Assembly (NCBI GenBank): GCA_963823665.1
Contig: CAWGMQ010000010.1
Span: forward strand, 768,001-832,000
DNA: 64,000 nt
Source: an uncultured Planctomycetota bacterium
GTDB taxonomy: Bacteria; Planctomycetota; Planctomycetia; Isosphaerales; Isosphaeraceae
Direction of reading: 5' to 3'
Shown: positions 31,385 to 43,606 of the stretch, piece by piece
Position numbering within the stretch: the stretch's first letter is position 1
Layout: each line of letters begins with the position of its first letter
Made by a program: the position numbers and the translations under genes
Notes under the pieces: model-generated
What the model was told of the DNA's origin: nothing
What the model saw: the letters and a program-made list of their open reading frames with translations, nothing else
Databases searched by the model: none

Positions 31385-34300
31385 CTACGAAGTAGGATCC
31401 GGGTAAGCAATCGACCGAGGCTGGGCGAGGTGCCGCTCCGCCGAAGGGATCGAAGCGATGGTTGGTAGTTTACTCGCGCGGCCGGCCAGGTTTTGGAACG
31501 TGATGGATGTTTGGTAGTTGGTCCCAGACTCGCCCGCGCCTGCTCCATCCAGGAGAACGCCCGAGGCACCTCTCAATCCCGATGGTGACTCGCCGTTGAC
31601 GGTCAGAGTGTAGCGCTTGTGGATGTTGAGTCGCCCCGCCGGTATGAGCGTCACGGTGTGAGATGCGGAGTCGTAAATGGCTTTTCGGACGACGATCCGG
31701 TCCCCCGCCTTGCTGCGCCGGCGACTCGGGCCAGCGATCGCGTAATTCGCCGCGTTCTCCGCTGAAACGGCCTCGAGCGGGCTGTTGAAGTAGAGGTCCA
31801 GAAACGTGGGCTGCCAGTGGAAGCCGTAGCGATTCACTCGCTTGACTTGCGGGCCGTCTGTCGTGACGACAAGCGACGACGAGCTTGAGGACGAGAGATT
31901 CCCACCGTTGGAGAAAACGGCGCTGAAGGAGTGTGATCCCGCGGACAACGATCCGATCGTCAGCGTCGCGAATCCGTTCGTGACCGGTTCCGTGCCGAGA
32001 AGTGTGCTGCCGTCGCAGAATGCGACGGTGCCGACGACCGGCGGGTTACCCGGCGACGTTGCAACGACGTTCGCGGTAAGGGTCATTCCCTGCGATCCGG
32101 CCGCGGCGCTGAGTGTCGTATTAGTCACAGCCTGGATCACGTCGACGGACACGGGCGCCTCGACAGTGGCGGCTGGATAGTTCGTGTCGCCCGAGTAGAT
32201 TGCCGTGATGATGTGGTTGCCGACGGCCAGAGACGCAATCGGGAGGCTGGCAGTCCCGCTGGGATCGCCCGTCGGAATGAATGGCTCGGTGCCCAGGTAA
32301 GTGTTCCGGTCGTAGAAGGCGACCGACCCGGTCATCGAAGCCGAGCCTGAAGGCGTCGCGTAGAACGTAGCCGTGAGGGTTACCTCCTGGCCGTAATACG
32401 ACTTCGCAAGCGAATTGACGATGACGCCGTAGATCGAACTGGCGTTAACCGTCAGCGCGCAGGTCTGACTTCCCATACCGCCGGCGCTATCTGTCACGGT
32501 CACGTCCACGGTGAATGGCGAGCCAGCGGCGTTCGTCGGTTTTCCGCTCAGCAGTCCGGTGGTGCTGAGCGACAAGCCCGGCGGGAGACCGGTGGCGACG
32601 AAACTGTAGCCGGTGCGCGAGCCTCCGGAGGCTGTGAGTTGCTGGCTATACGCATCGCCCACCGTCCCGGCCGGCAACGTTGCTGGGCCGATCGAAATCG
32701 GTGACGTGGCGGCGACCCTGAGAGTACCGCCGACCGTGGTGAAGTTGTAGTTGGCGGCGGTCAATGTGCCGACCGCGACGGAAATCGGATACTGGCCGGG
32801 AGGGCTGTTGATGGTCGCGGTCGTCGAGAGGACGGGTGCGCCGGTGATCACGCTTTGAGTGTCGCCGTTCTCGAACCCGGAGAACGCGTAAGTCAGGGGT
32901 GGGTTGGCCTCGTTCGGCGGGCGAGTCAGGTCGTTGGCAGCGACGATGAGAATAGCTGGCGTGATGGAGAGTGTTCCATTCACATAGGCGATGGTGTAGT
33001 TGGAATCGACCGCGCCGCCGACGGTGATTTCATACTTGCCGGTATTACCGGTCGAGCTGGCGATCGTGCTCAGGGCCGGTAGCGTGCTGAGATTTGCCGG
33101 TGTGCCACCATTGACGAAGCCCTGGTAGCTTGCGGTGAGTGTCGGGAGCGCCGAGCCGTAGACCATGGTTTGGTTGTCGGCGGTGATGGTCAGAGCGGCC
33201 TGTGTGATGGTCAAGGTTTCGGTGGCGTAGGAGATGGAGTAGTTGGGATCGGCGGCGCCGCTTGCGGTGATGGTGTAGGGACTGCCGGAGACCTGGCTGC
33301 TCGATGAGGCCGTGGTCGTGAGCGTGGGCTGGGTGGTCAAGCTGGCCGAGGTGTCGCCGTTGACAAAGCCTGAGTAGCTCGCCGTAAGGGCCGGTGACGC
33401 CGCGCCGTATGCTTTGGTCTGGCTGTTGGCCGTGATTGTCAATCCCGCCGTGGTGACGGTGAGGCTTCCCGCGACGTACGTGATCGTGTAACTGGAATCC
33501 ACCGCGCCGCTGGCGGTGATGGTGTAAGGACTGCCCGAGACATGGCTGCTCGAGGTGGCCGTGGTCGAGAGCGTGGGCTGGGTGGTCAAGCTGGCTGAAT
33601 TGTCGCCATTGACAAAGCCGCTGTAAGTGGCCGTCAGGGCTGGAATCGCTGCTCCATAGACTTTGGACTGGTTGACGGCGGTAATGGTCAGCGCGGCCGT
33701 ATTGACCGTCTGGGTCAGGCTGGGAGACGTGCTGCCTAAAAAATCCTCCGGTTGCTGTGTAGATGACACTGATCGAATGGATTCCGGCCGTCATCGTCGA
33801 GATGGCGAACGTCGAAGTGGCCGTTGTTCCGCTGCCGCTCAACGTTGTCCCTGCGCCGAGCAAGTTTGACCCGTCATAGAATGCGACGCTGCCGGTCGGG
33901 ACGCCATCGCTGCCGCTTGTGTTCGCAACAGTGGCCGTGAAAGTTACCGTCTCGGCGTAGACAGAAGGGTTGAGCGTCGAACTGACTGTCGACGTGGTGA
34001 CCGCGCCAACGCTCGTCAACGTCACGGCATCGTTCTTGTAACTGATCTGAAACGCCTGCCCGCCGGCGACGAATGTCGACCCTTCCGGAAGAGAAGCGAA
34101 CGTGCCTGAGATCGCGGCCGTACTCTGGATGATCGTATAGGCATTGCCAACGACGGTTATGGGTTTGCCCGGGGAGACCGGGCTGGTCGCATGAGGTGTT
34201 CGATACCGACAGGTCTGCCTACGTGGCGGAGATTGACGCGACCGTCTGGCTGTTGTTGGCGAGGTCGGGGTCGGTGGTCGTCGTGCTCACGTTCGCGACG

Positions 34301-36691
34301 TTCGAGATCGTCGTACCGTCGGGTGTACTGGGCGATGGCATGACGACGACGGCGAAGCTTGCCGAGGCACCCGGGGCCAACGTGCCGATCGTCGCATTGA
34401 TGGTGCCGGTCCCGCCTGGCGGGGGCGTGGTGAGATTGAATGCCGGTCCCGAGATCTGCTTGGCGGAGACGAAGGTGGTGCCGGCAGGCACGACGTCTCT
34501 GAGGGCCACGGTCTGGGCGTTGCTGGGGCCGGCGCTCGAGACCGTGATTGTGTAAGTGATGGGGTTGCCGGCTATTACAGGGCCTGGTGCGATCGTATTG
34601 GTCACCGACACGTCCGCCTGTGCGGCGGTGAGATAGGTGTTGGTCTGGGTGTTGTCGGTGGGGTCGGGATCGGTGGTGGCGCCCGTGATGACTCCGGTGG
34701 TTGTGAACATCGTTCCGGCGGGCGTGCTCGGCGACAGGAGCAGCACCAGGTTGAAGCTCGCCGAGGCGCCGGCGGGCAACGTGGCGATCGACGCGGTGAT
34801 CGTGGAGTTGCCGCCCACCTGGGGGTTGGCGATCGTGAACGTGGGTCCGGACGTCTGGCCGCCGGAGATGAAGGTCAGATAGGGCGGAAGGGTGACCGAT
34901 CCCACGACGGTCTGAGCGTCGCTGGGGCCGGAGTTGGCGAGCGTGATGGTGTAAGTGATCGTTTTTCCCGCTTCGTATGGACCTGCCGAGGTTGTTGCGG
35001 TTGCCGATAAATCGGCCTGAGTGGCCGTGATGCTGGTGGCGATCGCGGTATTGTTGGCGAGATTGGGGTCGCTCGTCGTGGAGGTCACGCCGACGGAGTT
35101 GGCGATCGCTGTTCCGGCCGGCGTACCTGGCGACACCAGGAACACGACGGTGAAGGTTGCGGAGGCACCCGAGGCAAGCGTGGCGATCGAGGCGGTGATT
35201 GAGCCGGTGCCGCCCTGGTTGGGGCTGGTGAGGCTGAACGCAGGCCCCGAGATCTGGGTGACCGAGACAAATGTCGTATCGGCTGGCACGAGGCCGGAGG
35301 CCGACACGTTCTGGGCGTCATCGGGGCCCGCGTTTGCGATCGTGACCGTATCGGCGAGCGCAGAGCCCGCGAGGACTGTGCTGGCCGTCGTCGAGTTGGT
35401 CACTGATACGTCGGCCCCTGTCCCGGCGACGGAGCCAGTCGTGACGGTTGAGGTGTTGTTCCCAAGGTCGGGATCGGTTGTCGCGGTGCTCACGTCGGCT
35501 GTGTTGCTGATGGTCGTTCCGTTTGGCGTGCCTTGTGCGACCATGACGACCACCGTGAAGCTTGCCGAGTCGCCTGCTGGAAGCGTGCCGATCGACCCGT
35601 CGATCGTGCCAGTGCCGCCAACCGTCGGACTCGAGAGATTGAACGCAGGCCCCGAAGTCTGCTCAGCGGAGACGAACGTGGTGTTGGCCGGGACGAGGTC
35701 CGAGAGCGCCACGCTCTGGGCATCGCTCGGGCCCGTGTCCGAAACGGTGATCGTATACGGGATCGGGTCGCCCGCGAGCACTGGGCCGGGCGCGATCGTT
35801 TGATTTACTGACAGGTCAGCCTGCGTGGCGGTGAGGTTTGATACCGTAGTGCTGTTGTTAGCGAGATTCGTGTCGCTCGTGTCGGAGTGAATCGTCGTCG
35901 TGTCGGTGATCGTCGTTCCGGCCGGCGTACTGGGGAGAACCTGGACGACGAACGTGAAGCTCGCCGATGCGCCCGCGGGGAAGGTGGCGATGAACGCAAC
36001 GTCGTTGCTGCCGGGCGATGCCGCGCCGAACGGAGGCCCCGAAGTCTGCGCTTAGGAGACGAAGGACGTATTGGCCGGCACCAGGTTCGACGCGCGCACG
36101 TTCTGGGCGTCGCTGGGGCCGGCGTTTGCGAGGGTGATCGTGTAGGCGATCAGGTTGCCGGCCAAGATCGTGCCGGAGGGTGCCGAGGTCGTCGCCGATA
36201 AGTCCGCCTGCGTGGCGGTCAGATTCGTGATGGTCTGGCTGTTGTTAGCGGGGTTGGGATCGTCGGAGGATGTGGTCACGCTCGCCGTGGCCGAGATTGT
36301 CGTTCCCGCCGGGGTGCTGGGCGATATCAGAACCACGATGTTAAAAGTCGCCTGCGCCTGAGCCAAGCGTGCCGATCGTCCCGGAGATCGCGCCGGTGCC
36401 ACCGGGGGCGGGAGTGGCCAGATTGAACGAGGGTCCGGAGGTCTGTGAGTCGGAAACAAAGGTGGAGTTGGCCGGCACGACGGTCGAGAGCGCCACGGTC
36501 TGGGCGGCATCAGGACCGGCGTTTGCGACAGTGACGGTGTACGAGACATTGTTGCCCGACAGGAAGGGGCCGGACGAGGTGGTCATATTCACCGATAAAT
36601 CCGCGATCGAGAGCAGGACTCGATCTTCACATTCTTCAATTGCTGGTATCGATCGGCGGGTTCGGCGCGAGTTTCGATGTGTCAAAGACAT
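31385..36691 (-). pseudogene. Giant surface adhesin-like gene: LEPR-xLL signal, about 6 DUF11 repeats, Ig-like (Big_3), 4 MBG repeats, putative Ig and planctomycete C-terminal domain; disrupted
   Basis: RRSIPAIEECEDRVLLS; repeats ADLSV...YTITV.N.GP.DAQ.V...FVS..QTSGP; LTITA.NQ.K.YG...LTA.YSGFVNG; tail GPQVKRVNRYGFHWQP. In-frame TAA at 36052-54 and TAG at 34219-21, frameshifts near 36360, 34190 and 33740, and a fusion junction near 34155. Confidence 0.85.
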
Positions 36692-37217
36692 CGGTAAGGG
36701 CTCCCGGTGGGTTGGCTCGTGTGACGCACGTTGTGCGGAGCGAAAGCGACTGGTTTCTCTCAGGAGCGAAGAGAAGCCATTCATGGCGGGCAACCATAGC
36801 CCGGATGTCGCGCTAAAAAGATCCGACGTGGTCTTAGCTTCGAGTGCTGGACCAGGTCGGCTTACGCGTCAACGAGCCGCCCGACCTAGCCGGGCTGCCG
36901 TATATCTCGTCGTCCAACTTAATTCAGTAATGCTGAGATCGGAGCTGCGGGCGAACTTGCGTGAAGCCACGCTCACTCACTGTTAAAGATTGCGAGCATT
37001 CCCGAGGCGACAACCGTGGGAAGCCAATCCGGCTCGAGCGGGCCGAGTTTGTCCAGAAATTCACCTCGCATCCGGCTCGTGGTTTTCGGCATGCGAATTG
37101 CCAGTCTATGAGAACCATGATGTCGTCCCGGTTTCGGCGAACTCTTCGCTCCCGTTTTGTGCGGGGCGGTTGGCACGATTTCGGGCGCAGGGCGCACGTT
37201 TATTGAAGGAGACTTCG

Positions 37218-37346
37218 ATGCTGGTTCTCGCACAGCCGCCAGTGGTGTTCGCAGCGATCGGGTATTCGATTATCTACCTGCTGCTCGGTGGTGGACTCGG
37301 TGGTGCAATTCTCATTTTCATCGTTGCGAAGATGCTGGGTAAGTAG
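37218..37346 (+). CDS. 42-aa small hydrophobic membrane protein
   Basis: Strong RBS GAAGGAG; MLVLAQPPVVFAAIGYSIIYLLLGGGLGGAILIFIVAKMLGK. Confidence 0.72.
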   Translation: MLVLAQPPVVFAAIGYSIIYLLLGGGLGGAILIFIVAKMLGK

Positions 37347-37959
37347 CGAAGTTGCCGACACGGAAGGGATAATGCAATCAGCATCGATGAATGGCTTGCG
37401 GTCGAGGGAGACACCGAGCCGGTGAGGAGAGGCGACGCCGAGTGAGCAGGCGCGCGCCAATTGTGTCGCGTCAACTTTCGGGGTGCGCGCGAAAACTGGC
37501 GCGGCACCCCGTTTGGCTTTTGAGCATGGCGCGACAATGGAGCGAGCCAGTCAGAATGCCATCGAGGTTTCTTCGCCGTCGAAGATCAGTTCTTCGTGGA
37601 TCTGAGCGGTCATGTATCTGTCTCCGCCGCCAATAAGAAAGTTAGTTTGTATTGGCTGCGACCTGGGTGTCGCAAGTCGTGGTTTATGGGTATTCGTGGC
37701 GTGACAAGGTTTCACGTCGTTGGATCAAAGGGTATGATATCCTGACGAGGCGCTCGAGCGAATCTTGTAAATCAACCAGCGCCGGGTGACGATCCGGGTT
37801 GAATCACGCGCACTATTGCCGCTCGCACGGCGGGCCAGCGTGCGGGCGTGCAACTGCTCTGCACGCACGGGATCTCCCGCAGGGTCAGTCGAACGGCCCG
37901 GCTGGGGCTACGTTTGGTGGCGTACAGGCACGGCGGCGACGAGGAGGAGACCGCCCTGA

Positions 37960-39946
37960 ATACGTTTGAAGCGAGCGATGCGGTCTGCCGCGGCTTCGAG
38001 GCTGACTGGCGCGACGGCAAGCAGCCGCGTGTGGACGCCTACCTGGTAGACGTCCCCGCTGAAGCTCGCCCGGCACTTCAGGCAAAGCTTGAGGCACTCT
38101 TAGGCGAGCTGGAGCAGGGCGCCGCGATTCGACAGACCGCGACAACAGCGGCGCCGTCTGGCGGGAGCGCGAGAGTTTCGCCGGGCGCGGTTGCCACTGT
38201 CGACTTCGCGGGCATCGCTCAGCGCATTGACGAAGTCGTAACCCTGGCACGCACCGGTGCCGGCCCGGCGACGGGATATGACACGCCGAGCGGCGGGGCG
38301 CCGGACCTGGGCGAGGAGAATCGGCGTCTTCTCGAAGCGCTGGCGCCGCCGCGGGAGCCGGGGGAGCTTGGCTGGCTGGGAGCGTACAGGGTGCTTGATG
38401 TCGTCGGGGCCGGGGGAATGGGGGTCGTCTTCCGTGCCCAAGACTCGCAGCTTCACCGCGAGATCGCGCTCGAAGACGCTGCGCCCGGAGCTGGCAGTCA
38501 CCCCGGCGAACCTCGCGCGGTTTTTGCGCGAGGCGCGGGCAACGGCCGCTCTGCAGCACGACCACATCGTGACGATCTACCATGTGGGCGAGGAGCGCGG
38601 CGTGCCATTCCTTGCGATGCCGCTGCTCCGTGGCAAGACCCTGGAGGACCGACTTGCCGAGAAGCCCAGGCTGAGCTTCGCCGAGATCCTGCGAATCGGC
38701 CGCGAGGCCGCAGAGGGCCTGGCCGAGGCGCACGGACATGGTCTTGTCCACCGCGACATCAAGCCGAGGAACATGTGGCTCGAGGCGCCGAGCGCGCGGG
38801 TCAAGCTGCTCGATTTCGGGCTTGTTCGCTCTGACGGCGAGGAGCTGGGCGTCACGCGGTCGGGCATGATCCTGGGAACGCCGGCTTACATGTCGCCGGA
38901 ACAGGCCGGCGGGCGCACCGTCGATCACCGAAGCGATCTGTTCAGCCTGGGCTGCGTGCTTTACCGCCTGGCCACGGGGCGGCCGCCGTTTGCGGGGTCC
39001 GATCCGATCTCAACTCTCGTGGCCGTGGCCTCGGCGCACCCGAGCCCGCCCAGCGAGGTCGATCCTGCTGTGCCGACGGCGACTTTCCCTGCTGATCATG
39101 AAGCTCCTCGAGAAGAATCCGGACGACCGTCCGAAGTCGGCCCGCGCTCTGGCCGACGTTCTGGCGTCGATCGAGACGGGATCGCCTGCTCCGGCAGTCG
39201 CCCCTCGTCAACCCGCGGCGCCCCGAGCTCCGACTGTGGTCCAACCGAAGCCCGCGGCTGCACCTGAGCCGGTGCGAACGCGGAAGGAGCCCGAGCCGCG
39301 TCGGCGCGCGTCGGGATGTGTGAAGGCGCTAGCCGGCTGCGGCATTCTGACTCTCGCCTTCCTCATACTGTTCGTGGTCGGTACCGCCATGCTATTGACC
39401 AGGGGGCTTCCGAAACTGATCAACTTCGTCACCGAGGAAACGAAGCGGCAGAATGACTGGGCCAAGGTCGCACGTGAGTGGAGGGCTCCGCCGGAGGACG
39501 CCGGGCCGGACCGACTCTTCCCCGAAGAAGTCGCGGACCTGGACCTTGACCATCACGACACCGACGTCGATCTCTTCTATCTGGGGATCGAGATCCCGGG
39601 CAAACATGCGGTGTATGGCGAGGGAGCGACTGCGGTCGAAGTCTTCATTTTCCGCGTAACAGCGCTGGAGAGGGAGGCCTTGTACAAGAGAGCGCTCGAG
39701 GGACCGAAGGCAGGCGAACAGCCGCCGCCGGGTCAGGTGAATGTCAGGCGGCAGAACTTCCGCGTCACTCACGGGACGCCTCAGGACCCACTTCTTTGGT
39801 ACAGCATGAGCCCGCCCGACGAGAAGGGCGTCTTGTGGTGGGATAAAGGCTGGCTGTTCGTGGCCCGTTCAACCGGCGGCGATGATCCCGAGCCCTTCTT
39901 GCGTGAATTCGTGACAGCCTTGAGCGGAGGCGAAGCCGGGAAGTGA
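37960..39946 (+). CDS. Ser/Thr protein kinase with TM helix and unknown extracytoplasmic domain (frameshifts near 38470 and 39080; start unclear)
   Basis: DAVCRGFEADWRDGKQPRV, GAGGMGVVF, HRDIKPRNM, DFGLV, GTPAYMSPEQ, SDLFSLGCVLY; TM GCGILTLAFLILFVVGTAMLL. Confidence 0.85.
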
Positions 39947-40003
39947 CATTGTCGCGACGCCCCGCCCGAAGAAAGAGCTCGGGAATGGGCGCGCGACCGA
40001 GCG

Positions 40004-40081
40004 TGCTAGGAATTTAGCAGTGAGTGCTTGACACCGCGTCGCCGCCTGCTAGTATGTTAGCAGAGTGCTGCTTTTTTAGCA
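40004..40081 (+). promoter_or_regulatory. Sigma70-type promoter overlapped by three palindromic operator-like boxes
   Basis: TTGACA 40028-33, extended -10 TGcTAGTAT 40047-55; boxes TGCTAggaattTAGCA 40004-19, TGCTAgtatgtTAGCA 40047-62, TGCTGctttttTAGCA 40066-81. Confidence 0.8.
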
Positions 40082-40148
40082 GGATGCGTCGCGGGATTCG
40101 CGGACGCTCCGGAAGAGAGCACGACGGGACAAACGGAGATCGGAGCCA

Positions 40149-40538
40149 ATGACGGGGCACATGCACCAGTCGCTGAGTCGCCGGGAGCGGCAGATCATGG
40201 ACGTTGTCTACCGCCTGGGCCGGGCGACGGCGGCCGAGGTTCAGGAGGCGCTTCCCGACCCGCCGGGCTACTCGGCCGTCCGGGCTTTGCTCCGGATCCT
40301 GGAGGACAAGGGACACATCCGGCACGAACAAGACGGCCCGCGCTACGTCTTTCTGCCGACCCTTTCGCGCGACAAGGCCCGGCGCTCGGCGCTAAAGCAA
40401 CTGGTGCAAACGTTCTTCGAGGGCTCGACGGCCCAGGCAGTCGCCGCGCTGCTGGGCGAGCGCCGCTCGGACCTGAGCGACCAAGATCTCGACCGGCTTT
40501 CCCGGCTGATCGACCAGGCTCGCCGGGAGGAACGCTGA
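40149..40538 (+). CDS. BlaI/MecI/CopY-family transcriptional repressor
   Basis: LSRRERQIMDVVY, YSAVRALLRILEDKGHI, LVQTFFEGS. Confidence 0.95.
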   Translation: MTGHMHQSLSRRERQIMDVVYRLGRATAAEVQEALPDPPGYSAVRALLRILEDKGHIRHEQDGPRYVFLPTLSRDKARRSALKQLVQTFFEGSTAQAVAALLGERRSDLSDQDLDRLSRLIDQARREER

Positions 40539-40591
40539 TACAGCCGCTCTATTGTGGGGTGATTTCGATCGAATATGGGAGGGCCAGGGCG

Positions 40592-43500
40592 ATGCACGAT
40601 CCGTGGGGAATCCTGAGCGCTTTTGGAACCGATGGGACGATGGCCGGGCTATCGTGCGTCGCCAAGGCGGCCGGTATTTTGGCCGGCGCCTGGCTGGTGG
40701 CGCTCGCGTTATCGCGCAGGGCCGCGGCGACGCGGCACCTGGTGTGGTTCCTCGGGCTGGCCGGAGCGCTGGCCGTGCTTCCGCTGGAATACGCACTGCC
40801 TCGATGGGGAGTACCGGTGCTACCGCCGACGGAGGAGGTCAAGCCGGCACTGGCGTCGAGCCCAGTGCCGGAAGCTCAACCCGCCGATAGTCCGGCTGTC
40901 ACCGAACTACGGATCGTGCCGAGCGAGTCCCTTGCTTTGTCGCATTCGCCGCGGGCGTTACCAAGTGAGCCGAACACCGCCAAGGTTCCCCTGCTGGCGT
41001 GGCCGCTGGCAATCTGGGGAATCGGCACGCTCGCGGTGCTCGCCTGGGGCGCGGCCGGGTGGGCTGCAATGTGGTGGTTGGGGCGAAACGCAAAGCGCGT
41101 GACTGACCCGCTCTGGGTCGAAGCAGCCCGCGAGGCGGCCGCGCAACTTCGGACTCGCAGCGTTGTGACGCTGTTGCGCGGTGGAGCGGCGGCCATGCCG
41201 CTCACGTGGGGCGTCTTGCGGCCGATGCTGCTTTTGCCTGACGAGGCCGACGTCTGGCCGGTCGAGCGCCGGCGTGCCGTCCTGTTGCACGAGCTGGCGC
41301 ACGTTCGGCGCCGCGATTGCCTGACGCAATGGCTGGGCCTGGCGGCCTGCGCGGCTTACTGGTTCAATCCGTTGGCCTGGTGGGCGGCGTCGCGGCTTCG
41401 GTGCGAGCGTGAGCAAGCATGCGACGATCTCGTGCTGGAAGCGGGCGAGTGGCCATCGGACTACGCCGCACAGCTCCTCGACGTGGCGCGGTCGCTTCGC
41501 CCCGCACGCCCGATGGCCCCTGGGGTGATGGCGATGGCGCGGCCGTCGGGCCTGGAACGGCGGCTCCTGGCGATCCTCGACGCACACCGCAATCGCCGAA
41601 GCCCGACGCGCTGGCTGGTGGTCTCGTGCCTGGCGGCAGTGCTCGCCATCGCGGCGACGCTTGCCACGCTGCGGCTGGTCGCCAAGGAGCCGCCCCGAAA
41701 GGTGGTCAGCGGGCAGGTTGTCGGTTCCGACGGGAAACCGCTCGAAGGGGCCGATGTGGTCGTGATCGCGTCGCGGTATCAGTGGCGTTACAGCGACTCA
41801 AAGGACCAGTTGCTGGGCCGCGGCCGATCAGACGAGCAGGGGCGGTTTCGTGTCGAGCTCAGCGGCCGACCGGAGAGCGAGCGAGGGCAGGGTCACTCTC
41901 GTGGCCACGGCGCGCGGATACGGCTACGTAGCCAAGGAGCTTGCCGAACTGAATGCCGCGATCGACGGGCGTATTGCGGCTGGATTCCGAACAGCCGGTT
42001 GAAGTCCGGCTCGTCAACCTTGAAGGCGCGCCGATCGCCGGCGCGGAGATCTCGCCTGCCGGGGCCTATCCGGCAAAGGGCGGCACCGGCCTGGCTTTTG
42101 ATATCCCAATCCGCGAGTTTCTGCCCCTGCTCGCTCAGAAATGGAAGAGCGACCAGGACGGCCGGTTCACGATGTTGGGCTACGGGCCGGATCAAACGGT
42201 CTCTGTCGACGGTCAGCGCGCCTGGCTTTGGCAAGCAGGTTTCGGATATTGCCATCAAACCCGGCATGGGCACAACGGCGCTCACGCTCGGGCGTGCCCA
42301 CATCGTCGAAGGCCAGGTGACGCTCGGCAAGAGTGGCCCGCCTGCCGCCGGAGCACGGATCGAGACCCGAAGCATGTCCGAGAGACACGGGATCGGCATG
42401 ACTGTCGGCAATGACGAAGTGACCACCGACAAGGACGGGCGGTACCGGATCGATGCAGCCCCCGGCGCCTCGATCGTACTCATGGCCATCCCACCCCGCG
42501 CCGGAGCCGATGGATACCTGTTGCGCGGCCATCTCGTCGTGCCCGGCGACTCGATCACTTCGCACGTCGATTTCGCCCTTCCCAAAGGCGTATTGGTCCG
42601 CGGCCGCGTGACCGAGGCCGGCACCGGAGCCGGCCAGTCGCCGGGGCGGTCGTCCATCATCAGGCCCATAAACGGAACAATCCATTCTTCATCAAGGGTG
42701 ACCCGGTCGTATTCAATTCGGATGATCAACAAGTGGTCACCGCGGCCGACGGCACGTTCCGCCTGGGCATCATGCCGGGGCCCGGTTATCTGCTCGTGAA
42801 AGGGCCGACGGATGATTATCTTCACGAGGAGATTTCATCGATGGAGCTTGCCGGTCAGCTCCATTGGCCGAACACGCGCACTTATCCCGACGCATTCCGC
42901 AAGCTCAGTCCGACGCCCGACGAGAGCCCGGTTGATGTGGAACTCAAGCTGCGGCGCGGCGCCACGGTGCGCGGCCGTCTCGTCGATCCAAGCGGTCAGC
43001 CGGTGCGCGAAGCGGTGCTTCTCTCCCGCTGGTATCTTTCGTTCAAGGGCATGACGGTCAATCACTGGCCGGCCTGGAAGACGTTGCGCGACGGCCGCTT
43101 CGAGCTGCACGGCTGTGACCCCGACTCATCGACCTCGGTGCTCTTCCTCGACGCCAAGAGACAGCGCGGCGCAGTCGTCGAGCTTTCCGGCAAGCAGTCC
43201 GGAGAAGATGTCGAGGTCAAGATGGAGCCCTGCGGCATCGGCCACGGTCCGCCTTGTGGACGAGCAGGGCAAGCCCTTGCGCGCCGGGCGCAGGGCGGCG
43301 AACCTCGAGGTCGTGCTGACTCCGGGGCCATCGATTGTGGAGGTCATGATGGGAGATCGCAATGACGAGCCCACTCACGGCCGACGCCATCCACTGTCGC
43401 CAACCTCGACCATGACCGCTACCGCGACCTGAAGACGGATGCCGACGGCCGGATGACCTTCCCGACGCTGATCCCCGGCGCGACCTACCGGATCTCCGTG

Positions 43501-43602
43501 TACAACCAGCCGGTCAAGACACAGATCGAGTTCACCGTTAGGCCGGGCGAATTGAAGGACCTCGGCGACTTGAAGGTCCGTAACCTCAGAGATGCGGGGT
43601 GA
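40592..43602 (+). CDS. BlaR1/M56 metallopeptidase sensor with carboxypeptidase-regulatory-like beta-sandwich repeats (several frameshifts)
   Basis: AAATRHLVW, PLTWG, VLLHELAHVRRRD, YWFNPLAW, EQACDDLV; repeats SGQVVGSDGKP, VRGRVTE, VRGRLVDPSGQP; stop TGA 43600-02. Confidence 0.88.
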
Positions 43603-43606
43603 GGCC

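Noticed and set aside
40149..43602. Beta-lactam resistance locus
   Set aside because: No penicillin-binding sensor domain was recognised and there is no beta-lactamase or PBP2a gene nearby.
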